Virus record (IMG/VR): IMGVR_UViG_3300048599_000811
Span: 1-32,781 of that record
Reading direction: 5' to 3' (one strand)
DNA from: a virus
Taxonomy: Duplodnaviria; Caudoviricetes
DNA length: 32,781 nt
Part shown: in pieces, positions 32,272-32,781 of the stretch
Position numbering within the stretch: the first letter of the stretch is position 1
Layout: each line of letters begins with the position of its first letter
Translations under genes and position numbers: made by a program
The notes under the pieces: model-generated
The model's database searches: none
The model's input: the letters and a program-made list of their open reading frames with translations, nothing else
What the model was told of the DNA's origin: nothing

Positions 32272-32781
32272 TTAATGATGAAAAGCCGCCCCCACAATGC
32301 GAATTGCAAGAGCCAGGACGAAAGGTGTCAACAATGTCCAAAGAATGATTTTTGTGGCTAAGGACACTGGGGGGCGTGGATCAGGAACAGGGCCACGCCC
32401 ATTGCCACCCGCCTTCTTTGAATTGGATGGGATTAGTCTTTCGGAATGGCAAAAATTGCAACGGTATTTACGATTGCAGATCCTCCAAAAAGTGTAAATC
32501 ACGCCGGGAATGAACATTAGGCACCACAAGGCTAGTTCGATTGCAAAGAAGCCGGGGGAATAGGGTTCCCCATCCATCCTTTCTTCACAATCGAGACAAT
32601 ACCACCTTCCGTCCAGATTCGGGTTAGGATCGCTTGTAGCGTTCACAGGAACGATTGCAGGCGATTCAGGACAGTCCAGAGGCATTTGCAGCCGTTCGCC
32701 ACAAACGCAGTTAAAACGTCTTCCAGCGGTTTCAGGCTTCCCACGAAAACGCTTTCCACAGACAGGGCACGAAGTTTCCAT
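32272..32781 (-). CDS. zinc-ribbon membrane protein with LITAF-like CxxC-hydrophobic-CxxC domain
   Basis: CPVCG...AGRRFNCVCG N-terminus; CLDC-GFFAIELALWCLMFIPGVIYTFWR-CNFC; C-terminal TM helix. Confidence 0.75.
   Translation of the reverse strand: METSCPVCGKRFRGKPETAGRRFNCVCGERLQMPLDCPESPAIVPVNATSDPNPNLDGRWYCLDCEERMDGEPYSPGFFAIELALWCLMFIPGVIYTFWRICNRKYRCNFCHSERLIPSNSKKAGGNGRGPVPDPRPPVSLATKIILWTLLTPFVLALAIRIVGAAFHH

Noticed and set aside
1-32781. tRNA/rRNA genes, stop-codon reassignment, IS elements
   Set aside because: No cloverleaf or T-loop signature noticed by eye; core genes are intact in the standard code; no transposase.

Overview
The window is most or all of an HK97-like tailed (siphovirus-type) phage or prophage genome, trimmed at gene boundaries. 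Left to right: a small leftward operon led by an unannotated ribbon-helix-helix regulator; an MT-A70 methyltransferase; packaging genes (HNH, cos-like region, TerS, TerL); head genes (portal, protease, capsid); connector and tail genes with a -1 frameshifted tail chaperone; tape measure; an unusual Cys-rich tail tip; a fibre/LamG adhesin block; an early region (multi-wHTH protein, Xis-like HTH, AEP primase-helicase, iteron-like origin); an accessory region; a second orphan methyltransferase; and a zinc-ribbon membrane protein. Several protein styles suggest a Planctomycetota host (inference). I recognise no integrase, endolysin, sigma factor, tRNA or CRISPR array. Most interesting signals: (1) a cluster of otherwise unrelated small proteins ending in an acidic/polar linker plus [DN]W-x-x-x-G-F-stop, with one more copy hidden out of frame; (2) a duplicated leader upstream of two of these genes in which a CsrA-type GGA hairpin competes with a Shine-Dalgarno-sequestering hairpin; (3) a genome-wide TA[A/T/G]ATA promoter-like motif placed for leaderless translation of packaging genes, one copy serving two divergent genes; (4) a predicted antisense RNA over the primase ribosome-binding site. 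All calls come from reading the sequence; no database searches were run.
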